The translations under genes were made by a program, and so were the position numbers. Shown here one piece after another: positions 8,160 through 17,863 of a stretch of 32,000 bases of DNA. Position 1 is the first letter of the stretch. Every line of letters starts with the position of its first letter. The notes beneath the pieces were generated by a model that was not told the DNA's origin, searched no databases, and worked only from the letters and a program-made list of their open reading frames with translations. Source of the DNA: an uncultured archaeon (GTDB lineage: Archaea; Asgardarchaeota; Jordiarchaeia; Jordiarchaeales; Jordiarchaeaceae); assembly GCA_964510585.1 (NCBI GenBank), contig CAZECW010000033.1, positions 19,632 to 51,631 of the forward strand, in the 5' to 3' direction.

Positions 8160-9695
8160 ATGCTGCCCTCTGAACTTTTAGTGTTTAGAATTTGGGGGAA
8201 CAGGATAATGCCTGTTTTTTCTTCGCTGGATGAGGAGCAAATAGTTATAGCAGCAGAAATCATTAAAACTTTTAAGGATTATAAGGGAAGAAAGCAGGGA
8301 GAGCTTTCAGAGGTACTTGATGAATTTGAGGAGGGAATTAACTACAGATTTATTCGGGGATTACGCGTCCTTCTGGAGAGAAGATGCAGCTTTGAGAGCA
8401 CCAGCCCCCTAAATCCCATCGAGGCAAGAAGAGTAGTTTTTGAGGAAGCAAACAAAATGGGTTTAGTAATCGATGAGAAGCAAAGGACAACAGTATTGAA
8501 AAACGCCGCATCCATTCTGGGCGTCTCCGTGGACGACTTGGAAAAATCACTGTGGGCGGATAACGAATCAGAGCTGGTACTACGAGAATTTGAAGATATT
8601 GACCCTCTTGAACTTTTGAAATGGTACAATCTTGCTTTAGCTCAGACTATGCTATTTGGCGCCACAAATATGGAAATTGTGGTTAAATCAGGTTATCAGC
8701 AACTCTTAAGGGCAATAAAGTACTATGGGCTAATGTACAATGCAGAAGTACGCAACGGCAGTTTCACAATTAATATTGAGGGACCTGCTTCACTCCTCAA
8801 ACTAACCGAGCGCTATGGAACATCTATGGCAAAGCTTCTACCATTAATTATCTCTCTGGAGGGATGGCAAATAAAAGCGGGAATACTAAGAAGAGGCGTA
8901 GCAAAAAAACCCCGAGTATATGATTTTATTCTAGATGAAAGAGACAAAGACAAATTAGCAGTCAGAAGCATGAATAAAACAGAAAAGTTTGATAGCCGGG
9001 TGGAGGAAGATTTCTACCATAGATTCAATGCCCTAAAAACAGGTTGGACCATAATAAGGGAGCCGGAGCCGCTGATAAGTGGATCAACAGTAATGGTGCC
9101 AGACTTCGGCTTTGAGAAGGAGGGAATGAAAATTCTCATGGAAATAGTAGGATTCTGGACAGAAAAGTATCTGGAAAGAAAAATCAGCAAACTCGAAAAA
9201 ATAAATCAAGAACTAATTTTAGCTGTTGACGAAAACCTAGCCTGCTCATCCTTTGAAAACATTCCCGGCAAAGTAATATACTATAAGAACAAAGTACCCC
9301 TAAAACCAATAGTTGAAATACTACAAAAACTCGAGCAAAAAAAGATAAACCAAGATATAGCAAAACTAAAAATTGCAACAATCAAACCTGACAAGGATGT
9401 CGTCCCACTAAAAGAACTAGCGGAAAAACACAAGGTAACCATAGAAGCAATTAGAAAAAGCATCAAAGTCGATAACTACACACTAGTAGGTAATACACTA
9501 ATAAGCAATGAAACGCTAAACAAACTAAGACAGGAGCTGGAAAACCTCCCAGAAAAAAAACGTTCCGAAGCAGCAAAAATCTTCCAAAAGAAAGGAATCC
9601 CAGAAGTAGACTGCCTGCTAGAAGCCCTAGGCTACAAAGTTATATGGTCAGCACTAGACCCCGATAACGTAACTATAGCAAAGAAGCAAGATTAA
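8160..9695 (+). CDS. bax1: Bax1 endonuclease (DUF790 family), XPB partner
   Basis: MLPSELL start, WYNLALAQTMLF, GPASL...ERYG...AKLLP, FDSRVEEDF, REPEPL...PDFGF...EIVGFWTEKYL; 2 nt after the xpb stop. Confidence 0.9.
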   Translation: MLPSELLVFRIWGNRIMPVFSSLDEEQIVIAAEIIKTFKDYKGRKQGELSEVLDEFEEGINYRFIRGLRVLLERRCSFESTSPLNPIEARRVVFEEANKMGLVIDEKQRTTVLKNAASILGVSVDDLEKSLWADNESELVLREFEDIDPLELLKWYNLALAQTMLFGATNMEIVVKSGYQQLLRAIKYYGLMYNAEVRNGSFTINIEGPASLLKLTERYGTSMAKLLPLIISLEGWQIKAGILRRGVAKKPRVYDFILDERDKDKLAVRSMNKTEKFDSRVEEDFYHRFNALKTGWTIIREPEPLISGSTVMVPDFGFEKEGMKILMEIVGFWTEKYLERKISKLEKINQELILAVDENLACSSFENIPGKVIYYKNKVPLKPIVEILQKLEQKKINQDIAKLKIATIKPDKDVVPLKELAEKHKVTIEAIRKSIKVDNYTLVGNTLISNETLNKLRQELENLPEKKRSEAAKIFQKKGIPEVDCLLEALGYKVIWSALDPDNVTIAKKQD

Positions 9696-10261
9696 ATCCA
9701 ATTTTCCCCAAAAATTAGTTTAATATTCAAATAGGTAGATAATCGCACATCCCATACGGAAACACCGGAGACTCTAAGCTACACACAAGTAGCATGGAAT
9801 ACACCAAACCACCCCTCTTTAATGATTCCTGCACTCTCCAGTTGGAAAAGTCCCATCGTTCTGCTTTTACTATTTTAAGTGCTGAAATATTCCAGATTCG
9901 CCCCACCCATAAAGAAAGCAGGCTTTTTTGCCTCATTCTTTTAAAGAATTAACTTACAGATTACCTTAAAAAAGCGGCAGCACAGCCACTCTACCATTTT
10001 CGCACATATACAAAGACTATGGAACCACTCTCTTGAAATACAGTTACTGAAACTGAAGGACAAATAAGCAGCTACTCCACCTAGTTTACATTTTCACCTA
10101 TTATTCTAAAACTCCCCTCTTCTCCACAAATTGCGTTACCATTTATATTAAAACAAAATAATAACCCAATTATCACAGAAATGGATTAGTCACCGATAAA
10201 TATACATATTACCCCTCTACTACATTTATGCAAAATTAGCCATCAACTTGGAGATGATAAT

Positions 10262-10687
10262 GTGGTGCGTAGACTTAGCGTCGTAGATTTGAACCGTTGC
10301 ACCGGTTGTCAGCTGTGCTCCATAAACTGCGCCCGCAGGTTCGGTGTCGGTGGCCTTGGTAAGAGTACTATTCATGTAAAGTCTGCAGGAGGTGTTGAGA
10401 GGGGTTTTGTGGTGGTTGTTTGCCGAGCCTGTAAGGAACCCGCCCCATGTGCAAGAGTGTGCCCTGTAGACGCGCTTAAATCTAGAAAGGGATACGGCGT
10501 TACTCTAGATAAGGATAAGTGTATTGGTTGCGGGGAATGTGTTGAGGCTTGTCCAATTGGGGCAGTTTTCTGGGACGAGGAAAATAATAAGCCAGCAATA
10601 TGTGTTTATTGTGGAATTTGTGCCAAGTATTGCCCTTATGACGTATTGGAATTGGAAGAGGTTAAAACTGGAGGGGAGGTGAATTGA
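10262..10687 (+). CDS. 4Fe-4S dicluster electron-transfer subunit of aldehyde oxidoreductase
   Basis: CTGCQLC, CRACKEPAPCARVCP, CIGCGECVEACP, CVYCGICAKYCP: four cluster motifs; abuts the aor start. Confidence 0.92.
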   Translation: MVRRLSVVDLNRCTGCQLCSINCARRFGVGGLGKSTIHVKSAGGVERGFVVVVCRACKEPAPCARVCPVDALKSRKGYGVTLDKDKCIGCGECVEACPIGAVFWDEENNKPAICVYCGICAKYCPYDVLELEEVKTGGEVN

Positions 10688-12445
10688 GTGTCTCAGTTTT
10701 TACCTTCAAGTGTTTTGTATGTTGACTTGTCAAAGCACCTTTACCGGGTGAGGAACAGGCAGGAGCTTTTTGAGAAGTATATTGGAGGCACTGGGGTAGC
10801 CACACAACTCTTACTTGAGGAGTGCGAGAAGGGTGCTGATCCTCTTGGTCCAGGAAACGTGATAGTGTTTGCTGTGGGACCCCTTACCAACCTTTATCCT
10901 ATGGCATCAAAAACAGTTGCCATGTTTAAATCCCCCCATACTGGCAATCTGGGGGAGAGCCATGCCGGCGGCAGGAGCGCCATAGCTATTAGATCTGCGG
11001 GCTACGGCGCAATAGTGATAAAGGGAGTGAGTGAAAGCCCGGTTTACCTGGCCATTCATGAGGATAGAGTGTTTTTCAGAGACGCTACGGCATACTGGGG
11101 TATGAATAGTGCTCAAACTGTGGGTAGAGTTATAAGAGAAAATGAGCCAGGTTCGGGGAATAGAACGATTATGCGTATTGGGAAAGCCGGAGAAAACTTG
11201 GTCACTTATGCGAATCTGGTTACTGAAACTTACCGTCACTTTGGCAGATTGGGACTTGGGGCAGTTTTCGGGAGCAAAAGATTAAAGGCAGTTCTGGTAT
11301 CTGGGAGAAAAACCACCCCCGTAGCGGATAGAAAACTCTTCAAAGAAGTTTATGAAACGTTGTATAATCAGCAAACAAAATCATCTGCCCTACAAAAATA
11401 TCATGATCTGGGAACAGCCTCCAACATACTGGTGTTAAATGAGTTGAAGGGGCTACCCACAAGAAACTTGAAGCAAGCATGGTTTGAGGGAGCAGAAGAA
11501 ATATCTGGAGAAAATTTGGCCGAAAAGTATTTGGGCCGCAGGGTGGCGTGCGCCCACTGCCCAGTAGCCTGTATACATTTGGCGACGTTAAGGGAACCCT
11601 ATGAGGATGAACCCTACTTTTACAAGACCACTATGGTTCCCTATGATTATGAGCTACTCTATGCCTTGGGTTGTATGCTGGGAGTCTCCAGTGTAACCGG
11701 GGTTCTGAAACTTATAGACGAGGTGGAAAACTGGGGACTGGACGCCATTAGCACGGGAGTAGTTCTTGCTTGGGCTACAGAGGCAGTCCAAAAAGAGCTG
11801 GTAACAAAGGAAGAAACCCTAGGACTGGAACCCAAATGGGGAGACTATAAAACCTATCTTAGAATGATTGAGTTAATAGTGGAGCAGCCAAACCAATTCT
11901 ACAAACACCTTGCAAGAGGCGTAGAAAAAGCTGCAGAAAAGTATGGGGGGATGGAATTCGCACTTGCAATGGGCGGGAACGAGCCCGCAGGGTACCATAC
12001 TGGCCCCGCAGGATACGCTGGATTCTACACTGGAGCTAGACACAGTCATCTAGACTCAGCAGGATATGGCATAGACCAGAAGGCTGTTGGGAAGACCCAA
12101 GAGCTAACCGCCCAAAACATCGCTAATGGTCTCATTAAAGAGGAGGCTTGGCGCCAAGTATTATCAAGCCTTGTGGTATGCTTTTTTGCTAGAGGAGTGT
12201 ACACCCCCGAAATAGTCGCAAAAGCCTTAAAAACAGTCGACCTAAACTTCACCGAAAACCAGCTAATGGAAACAGGTCTGAAAATACTCAAAGAGAAATA
12301 TAGATTCAAATTTAGGGAAGGGTTCGAATTCAAAAACTTGAGAATCCCCCAGAGAATCCTTGAAACCGAATCCCCACACAAAAACATACAAAAGGAAATC
12401 ATAGAACAAGCCATAGAACTCTACGCCCAAAAAATCAAAACCTAA
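10688..12445 (+). CDS. aor: Aldehyde:ferredoxin oxidoreductase family (W/Mo-pterin) enzyme
   Basis: YIGGTG, KSPHTG..GESHAGG, IGKAGENLV, GRLGLGAVFGSKRLKA, CAHCPVAC, GLDAIS, GARHSH; substrate class not determinable. Confidence 0.92.
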   Translation: MSQFLPSSVLYVDLSKHLYRVRNRQELFEKYIGGTGVATQLLLEECEKGADPLGPGNVIVFAVGPLTNLYPMASKTVAMFKSPHTGNLGESHAGGRSAIAIRSAGYGAIVIKGVSESPVYLAIHEDRVFFRDATAYWGMNSAQTVGRVIRENEPGSGNRTIMRIGKAGENLVTYANLVTETYRHFGRLGLGAVFGSKRLKAVLVSGRKTTPVADRKLFKEVYETLYNQQTKSSALQKYHDLGTASNILVLNELKGLPTRNLKQAWFEGAEEISGENLAEKYLGRRVACAHCPVACIHLATLREPYEDEPYFYKTTMVPYDYELLYALGCMLGVSSVTGVLKLIDEVENWGLDAISTGVVLAWATEAVQKELVTKEETLGLEPKWGDYKTYLRMIELIVEQPNQFYKHLARGVEKAAEKYGGMEFALAMGGNEPAGYHTGPAGYAGFYTGARHSHLDSAGYGIDQKAVGKTQELTAQNIANGLIKEEAWRQVLSSLVVCFFARGVYTPEIVAKALKTVDLNFTENQLMETGLKILKEKYRFKFREGFEFKNLRIPQRILETESPHKNIQKEIIEQAIELYAQKIKT

Positions 12446-12487
12446 AAAAACAACGCTCACAACAACCCATTTTTATGATGGGGAAAA

Positions 12488-13045
12488 TTATCTGCGAGTA
12501 ATACCTAACTCCGTCAAAGTGTTAAGCACATTATCCACCGCAGCATAAATCTCCTCCTCCTTTTTGGCACCTGTAACCACTAGTTTTCCAGTCGTGAACA
12601 AAAGGAGTACTACCTTGGGATTTTTCATACGGTATATGAGTCCAGGGAATTGTTCTGGCTCATACATAACGTTTGGGAGTGTGTAGGCTGCGAGTTCGAG
12701 GTTTAGGTCTGCTCCTAGGCTTGCAGAAGCAACAATGTTTTGAATCTGGATGATCGGTTCTGAGTCAGTGTCAATGATACCGGCATCTCGCAGATCCTTT
12801 ATGATAATGTTAACAGCCTTATGAACTTCCTTCTCGGACTTTCCTCCGGTGCAGACCATTTTTCCTGAGCCGAAGATGAGCGTTGCAGTTTTTGGTTTTT
12901 CGAGTCTGTATACGAGCCCTGGGAATTGTTCAGGGTCGTATTCTACGTTTAGTGCTGCTCTGGCTATTTTTTCGAGATCGATTTTCTGGTCTATTGCTAC
13001 TGATGCAACTACATTTTCTATGTGGACAGATTGGACTTTCGGCAA
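12488..13045 (-). CDS. tbp: TATA-box binding protein
   Basis: Two direct repeats (IENVVAS...YDPEQFPGLVYRL...LIFGSGKMVCTG; IQNIVAS...YEPEQFPGLIYRM...LLFTTGKLVVTG); probable TTG start at 13045 after TGGGGGA (ORF track 13084). Confidence 0.97.
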   Translation of the reverse strand: MPKVQSVHIENVVASVAIDQKIDLEKIARAALNVEYDPEQFPGLVYRLEKPKTATLIFGSGKMVCTGGKSEKEVHKAVNIIIKDLRDAGIIDTDSEPIIQIQNIVASASLGADLNLELAAYTLPNVMYEPEQFPGLIYRMKNPKVVLLLFTTGKLVVTGAKKEEEIYAAVDNVLNTLTELGITRR

Positions 13046-13092
13046 GTATTTCCCCCATTGTGAGTTTAGCCATATACCTATCACGTTTTTGG

Positions 13093-13100
13093 TTTATAAA
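13093..13100 (-). promoter_or_regulatory. TATA box of tbp
   Basis: TTTATAAA about 48 nt upstream of the TTG start. Confidence 0.5.
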
Positions 13101-13459
13101 TATGTGTCCCTGTGCTGGTCCTAGTTTTCTATATGAGTTTAAAACTCAGGGATATGTTTTTGAGTGTTTTGCTCTTTGGTTCTTGGTTTTGTGTTTTAGG
13201 TTATGGCGGTTCTCAGGCTTTTATGAGATTAGCCAAGGAAAAGTAAAAAAATTGTTGCAGATTACCGGAGAGCGTGAATACGCCGAAAACACCTTTGCCC
13301 TAACTTTACAACCAGCTAAGCAACAAGCTAGACGACGACCCTCACTAATCCATTCTGAATTTTTATGCAGTGTTTTGTTAGGATTTAAATTAAAATGAGT
13401 TTACAAGTCAATTTGTAGAGTTTTGTTCATTTATTTTGTGGTAGTGATGATTTTGTTTT

Positions 13460-14641
13460 TTATTTGATTTTTTTGGTGATTTGTTCGAGGTCTGCTAGAA
13501 ATTGTTGTATGTGTTGTGGTTTCACGTGGGGCATTACGACTATACGTAGGAGATTTTCAAATTTTCCTAGCGCCCAGCGAAGTTTTCTCAGTTCTTGGTC
13601 GATTTGGCAAATGTCTAGTTCTTTAGAGGTTATACCTACTATGTTCATTACGGGTTTGGTTGCCAGTTCCACATTTTTTATTTGCTGTATTCCTTTTTCT
13701 AGTTGGTGCGTGACTTCCATGCAGTTTTTGACTATTCGGGTATATCCTTCTATGCCGAGGTGTTTTAGCATTGCCCAGGTGGCTATTACTGCTGCTCCGG
13801 AGCGGGTGCCGAGTATTATTGGGTGTGCGTATGTTCCTCCAGCGAGGTAAGGGATTTCAAAACAGTTTTCGAGTATAAATGTGCGGTCTTTAAAGAGTAT
13901 TCCGCCTGCGGGTATGGGTGCAAGTCCCATTTTGTGGGGGTCTATGGTTATGGAACAGACTCCTTGGTTTCGGAAGTCAAATTTGGGAAGTTTATACCCT
14001 AACCTTTCCAGAAAAGGGATTACCATTCCTCCAAAGGCAGCATCTATATGTAGGTACAGGTTTTTTTCTAAGGCGATTTCTGAGAGTTCTTCTATGGGGT
14101 CTATGGTGCCTAGGCTTGTGGTGCCTGCTATACCCACTATTGCAATTGTTTTATCGGTTATGGCCTTTTTTACTTCTGAGGGTTTTACGCGGTACTCTTG
14201 GTCAAGGTTAACCCGGACCAGGCGAATGCCCAGTAGGTCGGCGGCTTTGTCGAATGATGCATGCGCAGAAGTAGGAATAATTACTTCTGGTGTCCCGCCT
14301 CTAATTTTTGTTCTTCCAATGTTTCTGGCGATTCTCATTGCCACTATGTTGCCCTCTGTTCCTCCACTCACAATGTATCCCCAGCTTTTGGGATTATTTA
14401 ATAAGCTGCCTAGCATTTTTATTGTTTCTATCTCAATTTCTTGGGTCCCCTTGAATAGCCCGGGATCGCCGAGATTCTTCTCCAGGTACGTGGTCATCAA
14501 TTTTCTCCCTAAGTCATGGGGAATGGTGCACATGCTTCCAAGAATTTTTCCGGATTCGTAGGTTAAGTCTTTGTTTAGTTTTTCGCTTAGCTCTTCTAAG
14601 ATTTTTTCTTGAGGAACTCCTGATTGGTTCAAGTTTTTCAC
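13460..14641 (-). CDS. mfnA: Tyrosine/L-aspartate decarboxylase (MfnA/ADC, group II PLP decarboxylase)
   Basis: ILGSMCT, NLGDPGLF, SGGTEGN, AHASFDKA, HIDAAFGG, DPHKMG; overlaps the panE stop by 4 nt (GTGA). Confidence 0.93.
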   Translation of the reverse strand: MKNLNQSGVPQEKILEELSEKLNKDLTYESGKILGSMCTIPHDLGRKLMTTYLEKNLGDPGLFKGTQEIEIETIKMLGSLLNNPKSWGYIVSGGTEGNIVAMRIARNIGRTKIRGGTPEVIIPTSAHASFDKAADLLGIRLVRVNLDQEYRVKPSEVKKAITDKTIAIVGIAGTTSLGTIDPIEELSEIALEKNLYLHIDAAFGGMVIPFLERLGYKLPKFDFRNQGVCSITIDPHKMGLAPIPAGGILFKDRTFILENCFEIPYLAGGTYAHPIILGTRSGAAVIATWAMLKHLGIEGYTRIVKNCMEVTHQLEKGIQQIKNVELATKPVMNIVGITSKELDICQIDQELRKLRWALGKFENLLRIVVMPHVKPQHIQQFLADLEQITKKIK

Positions 14642-15579
14642 CTGTTTCTATTTTTTGTGGTTCTTTTTTCCAGTCCTTTTACCAGAGCAGTTATGAGGTC
14701 ATTCATTGGTGTTGGCACGTGAATTTCTCTTCCATATTTAGATATTGCTCCATTTATGTAGTCAATTTCAGTGCGCTTGCCTTTTTCAATATCTTGGAGC
14801 ATTGAATTTTTATTTTGGGCGGTTTCTCTAGCCACCTCGAAAGTTTTTTCAACGGGATTGAAAGGTAGATGTACACCAAGTTTATGTGCAACCTCCGCTC
14901 CCTCCAGAACCAGTTCCTTAATTCTCTCAACTATTTCGGGAACCTCCAAGAGTTCACCGTTTCTCAGACCGGTAAGCGTGCCAAATGGATTTATTCCCGC
15001 ATTTACTAGGGCTTTTCCCCACACTACTCCAGAAATATTTGGGGTAACATTTGAGGGCAACCCGCTCTTTGTAATCATTTGAGCTATGTTATCAACTTCA
15101 TTGGTGTTTGGCCCATAGCATCTGCCTATTATGGTTTCACCGGTTCCGGTGTGAATAACTTTTCCGGGTTTTTCAAGCATGGCACCATTAGTGGTTATTC
15201 CTCTGAGAATCCTCTCCCTTCCAATTATGCAGGATGCTATTTCTTCGTTTCCCAATCCATTTTGGAGACACATAACCCACGTGTTTTTGCCGATTAGGGG
15301 AACAGCGTCCTTGACTGCCTGTTCGGTATCGTAGGCTTTCACTATAATCATGACTAGATCTGCTGTTCCTACCTCTGAGGGATTATGGGTAGCTTTAACT
15401 TTGATATGATGGTGGCCGCTGACACCAGTTATTTCTAATCCCTTTTTCCTAATGGTATCTGTTATGGTTTTTTTGTCGATAAGTGTGACGTCTACTCCGC
15501 TTTTGGCGAGAAAACCGCCAAATAGGCTACCCATACTTCCAGAACCCATGATAACAACCTTCAACAAGGTACACCACAC
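14638..15579 (-). CDS. panE: 2-dehydropantoate 2-reductase
   Basis: GSGSMGSLFG, VKAYDT, LQNGLG, WGKALVNAGINP, NSMLQDIEKGKRTEIDYING; true start may be TTG near 15564. Confidence 0.95.
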   Translation of the reverse strand: MWCTLLKVVIMGSGSMGSLFGGFLAKSGVDVTLIDKKTITDTIRKKGLEITGVSGHHHIKVKATHNPSEVGTADLVMIIVKAYDTEQAVKDAVPLIGKNTWVMCLQNGLGNEEIASCIIGRERILRGITTNGAMLEKPGKVIHTGTGETIIGRCYGPNTNEVDNIAQMITKSGLPSNVTPNISGVVWGKALVNAGINPFGTLTGLRNGELLEVPEIVERIKELVLEGAEVAHKLGVHLPFNPVEKTFEVARETAQNKNSMLQDIEKGKRTEIDYINGAISKYGREIHVPTPMNDLITALVKGLEKRTTKNRNR

Positions 15580-15750
15580 TTTTCGGATTGAAGTGATTAG
15601 TCCAGCTTCAGTAATTTTCTATTTTTTAGGTTTGGAAAGACTTATTTTTATAGGGTTACTATTTTCTGGGATAAATTTGGCTAGAGTAAAAATGTTTTGT
15701 ATGAAGATTATGTTATTATTCATTTTTGGTGAATAAAGGGTTTTAAATGC

Positions 15751-17643
15751 TCACCTTTTTTCTCTGAGTAATTTGAGGATTGTTGGGTATTCTTCTATAT
15801 TTTTGTATGGTATGTACATGGAATTAACAAATTCTTTTTGGAAGTCAGGATCTACGGCTAGCTCAAGATACCGTATTTTCTTTGAGAGGTTGTAGGCCTT
15901 TTCTCTGGTTTCCCGGGAAATTAGGCACATTTTGGCTCCTGTAACGGCGGTGTTTCCTACGAATTTGATTTTTTCAGGGGGTATGTCAGGTAGCATCCCA
16001 ATGGTTTTAGCACTTAGGGGGTCTATATGGTATCCAAACGCCCCAGCTATGTAGATATGATCCAAGTCCTCCTTAGTGTATCCTCTTCTCCTCATAGTTA
16101 TGACTACTCCAGTGTGTATTGCGCCTTTTGCAAGTTGTATTTCCCCTATGTCCTCTTGGGTTATTGTGATGTTTTTACCAGTGGTGGTTTCACTACCCCA
16201 GGCGATAACAAACTCTTTTTTACCGTTTTGTTGTATTAAGCGTTTGCACTTAATTTGGTTGAAGCGTCCCCTATTGTTTATTATTCCCGCCTTGAACAAT
16301 TCAGATATACCGTCTAGTATTCCGGAACCGCAGATGCCTACTGGTGGCTGGTCACCTATTGTTTTGTAGGTAACGTCCAGAGTTTCGGAATTAATTTTAA
16401 TTTTTTCTATTGCACCCGTGACAGCTTTCATTCCATATTTGATATGCGCCCCTTCAAAAGCCGGTCCCGAAGCACAGGAGCAGGAGAGTATGCCCTCGCT
16501 GTTTCCTACAAAAACCTCGGTATTGGTTCCAATATCGATGAGCAGCGAATGGTCTTCACTGTCACAAATACCCGAAGCAATTACGTCTCCAACTGCGTCA
16601 GCACCCACAAAACCAGCCACACATGGTAATACGTAGACGTTTACCTCTGGTTCCGCGGCGAGATTTAGGTCTGAGGCTCTTACATTTAAGGGACTTTTCA
16701 CAGCGGGAACATATGGAGTGTAAGATACATATTTTGGTTGAATACCAAGGAAGAAGTGGTGCATTGCGGTATTTCCGACAATGGTGAATTCGTAAATATT
16801 TCTATTAGTTATTCCCACCCTGCTACATGCCTGTTTAACTAAGGAATTTATGGCACCTACAGCAAGTCTCTGGAGTCTTTGCAGATTCTTTTCCCCTTCA
16901 AGGGTATAGGATATCCTAGTCATTATGTCCTCTCCATGAGTTATTTGCGGATTCTCTACATAGGCGATTTCCTCTGTTTTGCCGCTTATGAGATTCACGA
17001 GATACCCTACAATTTTGGATGTTCCTATATCTACCGCAAATCCATAGAGTATGTTGGTGGTATCTCCAGGCTCTAATGCAATAAGTTTTTCATTATTCCA
17101 AACAACCGCGGTGACGTCCCAGTTCTTTTCTCTTAAAACGTCGGGGAGATTGCTGAGTACTCTTTGACTAAGTTTTATATTTTTAAGTCCATAGTCACTC
17201 TCTAAAGCATCAAGTAACCTTTCTGCATCTGGCCTAATATCATAAAGTGTTGGCTTCGGTAGAACCAGGTGAAACTTTTTTACTAGAGGCTCCAATTTTA
17301 CTGGGAGCTCCATGCCTGTGATTTGAATTCTACGAATTCTTATCCGGCTTTCTTCAGGAATCTCAACCACCAAATCGCCTTTAGCAATTGTGCAACAAGC
17401 TAGACGGTAACCATCAGATATTTCACTCTCCGACAAGTGATTTCTTTCAAGATCAATTACTTCACTCACACGACTCTGATCCTGTATGATAATGCGACAT
17501 TTACCACAACTACCTTTTCCTCCACATTCCGATCTGATGTCAATTCCAAATGCTTCCGCAATGTCCAAAATTTTCTGGCCAGAATCGGTTTCGATTCTCC
17601 GACCCTCTGGCTCAAATTGGATAGTAATCTTTTTCAAAACCAT
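15751..17643 (-). CDS. ASKHA-fold reductive activator of corrinoid proteins (RACo/DUF4445) with N-terminal 2Fe-2S domain
   Basis: CGGKGSCGKC...RLACC, AVDIGTSKIV, HGEDIMTRI, DIGTNTE, ASGPAFEG, GICGSG, YIAGAFG, GNTAVTGA. Confidence 0.92.
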   Translation of the reverse strand: MVLKKITIQFEPEGRRIETDSGQKILDIAEAFGIDIRSECGGKGSCGKCRIIIQDQSRVSEVIDLERNHLSESEISDGYRLACCTIAKGDLVVEIPEESRIRIRRIQITGMELPVKLEPLVKKFHLVLPKPTLYDIRPDAERLLDALESDYGLKNIKLSQRVLSNLPDVLREKNWDVTAVVWNNEKLIALEPGDTTNILYGFAVDIGTSKIVGYLVNLISGKTEEIAYVENPQITHGEDIMTRISYTLEGEKNLQRLQRLAVGAINSLVKQACSRVGITNRNIYEFTIVGNTAMHHFFLGIQPKYVSYTPYVPAVKSPLNVRASDLNLAAEPEVNVYVLPCVAGFVGADAVGDVIASGICDSEDHSLLIDIGTNTEVFVGNSEGILSCSCASGPAFEGAHIKYGMKAVTGAIEKIKINSETLDVTYKTIGDQPPVGICGSGILDGISELFKAGIINNRGRFNQIKCKRLIQQNGKKEFVIAWGSETTTGKNITITQEDIGEIQLAKGAIHTGVVITMRRRGYTKEDLDHIYIAGAFGYHIDPLSAKTIGMLPDIPPEKIKFVGNTAVTGAKMCLISRETREKAYNLSKKIRYLELAVDPDFQKEFVNSMYIPYKNIEEYPTILKLLREKR

Positions 17644-17863
17644 TCACCCCATGAAGACAAGTAACACTAACATGAGAAATAAGCTTCCACAGCACATCTC
17701 ACAAATTAACATTCCTATTCTCTCTAGCGATTTTTTGATTTAAACATTTATAATAAATTTGAAACAAAAAGGAAAAATTACCATTATTCATCTCAAATAG
17801 AATAGAAGAAGAGTGAAAAATTTAATGAAGTATAAATCCAAATTCATTTTTGGCAGGGTTACT

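Noticed and set aside
9727-9936. 69-aa minus-strand ORF in the bax1-ferredoxin gap
   Set aside because: No clear SD, atypical composition and no motif.
12883-13398. 171-aa plus-strand ORF overlapping tbp and its promoter
   Set aside because: Antisense to a certain gene; the Leu/Phe/Cys richness reflects the local G+T skew.
13444-13450. C-box-like GTGATGA (also at about 243-249 minus and 19816) as C/D box sRNAs
   Set aside because: No CTGA D box at suitable distance in any case.
17735-17772. Imperfect AT-rich palindrome upstream of the RACo gene
   Set aside because: Almost entirely A/T, so such symmetry is expected by chance; it overlaps a probable TATA region.
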